From Felis catus (taxonomy: Eukaryota): 64,000 bases of DNA. Shown one piece after another: positions 62,454 to 64,000 of the stretch (the first letter of the stretch is position 1; the number at the start of each line of letters is the position of its first letter). The translations under genes and the position numbers were made by a program. The stretch is from contig NC_058368.1 in the NCBI RefSeq assembly GCF_018350175.1, positions 146,446,001 through 146,510,000 on the forward strand, read 5' to 3'. The notes beneath the pieces are model-generated. The model was not told the DNA's origin. It worked only from the letters and a program-made list of their open reading frames with translations, and did not search any database.

Positions 62454-64000
62454 AGCTGGTTCCGCACTATGGTGAAACTATCAGTCCTGGTTCCTGGTTC
62501 ATTAGAAATCACTAACTTCCATGGCTGGGTATTATTGTCTGCCCAGGTTTTTTACATTTCTCTTGGTAACCAAAAGTAGAGCTCTCTTTCTTTGTGTATT
62601 TTTATTTGCCTTCATTAGACCACTAAGTTTTGGCGTTCCTGCTAGTAGTTGTATTCTCAGGGAAGCAAGAAATGCCACCAGTTCCAGAGTGCACTGCTTT
62701 CTTGGGATGTTAATAGTTGAGAGACAGTAAAAAAAAAAAAAAAAAAAGAAGCTTCCACTTCCAAATTCACTTCTAAAACCCAGGTTAAGCAAGCTTCTTT
62801 TTTCTTTAAGCACTTTATAAAGATATGTTCTATGTATAAGGTTGTAAAAAATCTTAACTGTTTAAGAGAGTATCCAGCAAAAAGTATGCCTGTCCTTCAG
62901 CCCAAGTTCCTTTCAGCCATTACTAGTTTCCTGTGAATTCTTCCAGAACTCTCCTGTATACATATAAACTCACATACACTAATTATCTACACATACTCTT
63001 CTGTACCTTTGTTTTTGTTTTCCTTGATGAATTAATTAACACATTTATTTATGGAAGAATTTCCATAGTTTTTAATGTATAATGTGCACATGCAACACTC
63101 AGAGCTCTTCATGGAGAAAAAAATAACATATTTTCCAAATATTTTGGACCACAAATGTCACTCTTTAAGAGTGTCTCATAGAACTACTTTTTGAGACACA
63201 CTGCTTAACACCAAGCTGCCTTCCTCTGGACTAGTAAGAATTAGTAAGTAAGAATTAGTGACCCCCATACACCAGTGTAGCATGACAGGTATGGATTTGG
63301 GAGGGATTTGGGGTTTAGAGTGACAGACTACTGTCCTGGCTCTGTTGTTGACTTTCCTGCTTGCTCCCTTTCATGCTAACTGGCTGTGTGGCTTTGGGCA
63401 GGTTGTTAAACTTTATTGAGACTTTCTTGTTAATGTGGTCTACCTCATTTATTCAGTCACTCGTTCATTAGTTAATACATGCAATTATTAGAACATTCAT
63501 GAGCTGGGTAAAATAAAGCAGTCTCTCCACCTGAGAAGCTTTCTAGTCTAGTGAGAGAGGTTTCATTGGTAGCACACAAGTCAGCAGTAAGCAGTGGCCT
63601 GTCTTAAAGTTAAGGTTGTGGAGAATCATTTTCTGCCAAGATTTCTGCTTTCTGGTTTTCTACTGTCATAGGCCTAGATCAACAGTAACAAATGTCACTT
63701 ACACCATTTCAAAACTTGCAAAGAATGCAGGAAGAAATGAGGTTTAATATATTGTCTTCAGGTATTGATTTTTTAAAGCATGTATTGACTCTGATATTAA
63801 TCACCTGATGAGTTACCAGGGTAACATTATTTATCTGAATAAAGTACAATAAGAGTAACAAAATCTTCTAATTGATTATGAAATTCCTGCATAAATTTTG
63901 GCATCCTTGTGGATTATGGACATATATGTTTTAATGTTTATCACTTTAAACATTGAATTATATACAACCACAGAATCTTTTTTTTCAAATCCATAATGTA

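Noticed and set aside
27940..63260. Short tandem duplications and small hairpins (27942, 29128, 29165, 54703, 60569, 63232)
   Set aside because: 10-16-bp slippage products or chance hairpins expected in AT-rich DNA; not CRISPR-like or regular arrays
1..64000. tRNA-like A/B-box sequences
   Set aside because: All are SINE heads; no bona fide tRNA, snRNA or rRNA gene was recognised

Overview
This is AT-rich mammalian, repeat-rich non-coding DNA, most likely from a felid: the tRNA-derived CanSINEs and the LINE-1s look like the cat types. It is probably the interior of a large intron. I could not recognise any host protein-coding exon, RNA gene or prokaryotic-type system. The main features are a full-length + strand LINE-1 (29925-35889; 11-bp TSD, intact ORF1, ORF2 broken by 2 frameshifts and 2 stops) and a related 5'-truncated - strand LINE-1 (48190-51611; 15-16-bp TSD, ~520-bp internal deletion, 18-bp duplication). 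There are also about 21 CanSINEs, several MaLR/ERVL solo LTRs, ancient DNA-transposon relics, old L1/L2/MIR fragments and microsatellites. The most unusual structure is a ~360-bp inverted duplication of apparently unique DNA (2154-2514 vs 3554-3908). Its second arm interrupts a MER102-like transposon, and its inner half is more similar between arms than its outer half. Other notable items are a perfect 48-bp palindrome built on an (AT)14 tract and short putative 3' transductions in both L1 tails. Repeat subfamily names come from my memory of consensus sequences and need RepeatMasker/Dfam confirmation. I see no convincing evidence of a new biological system.
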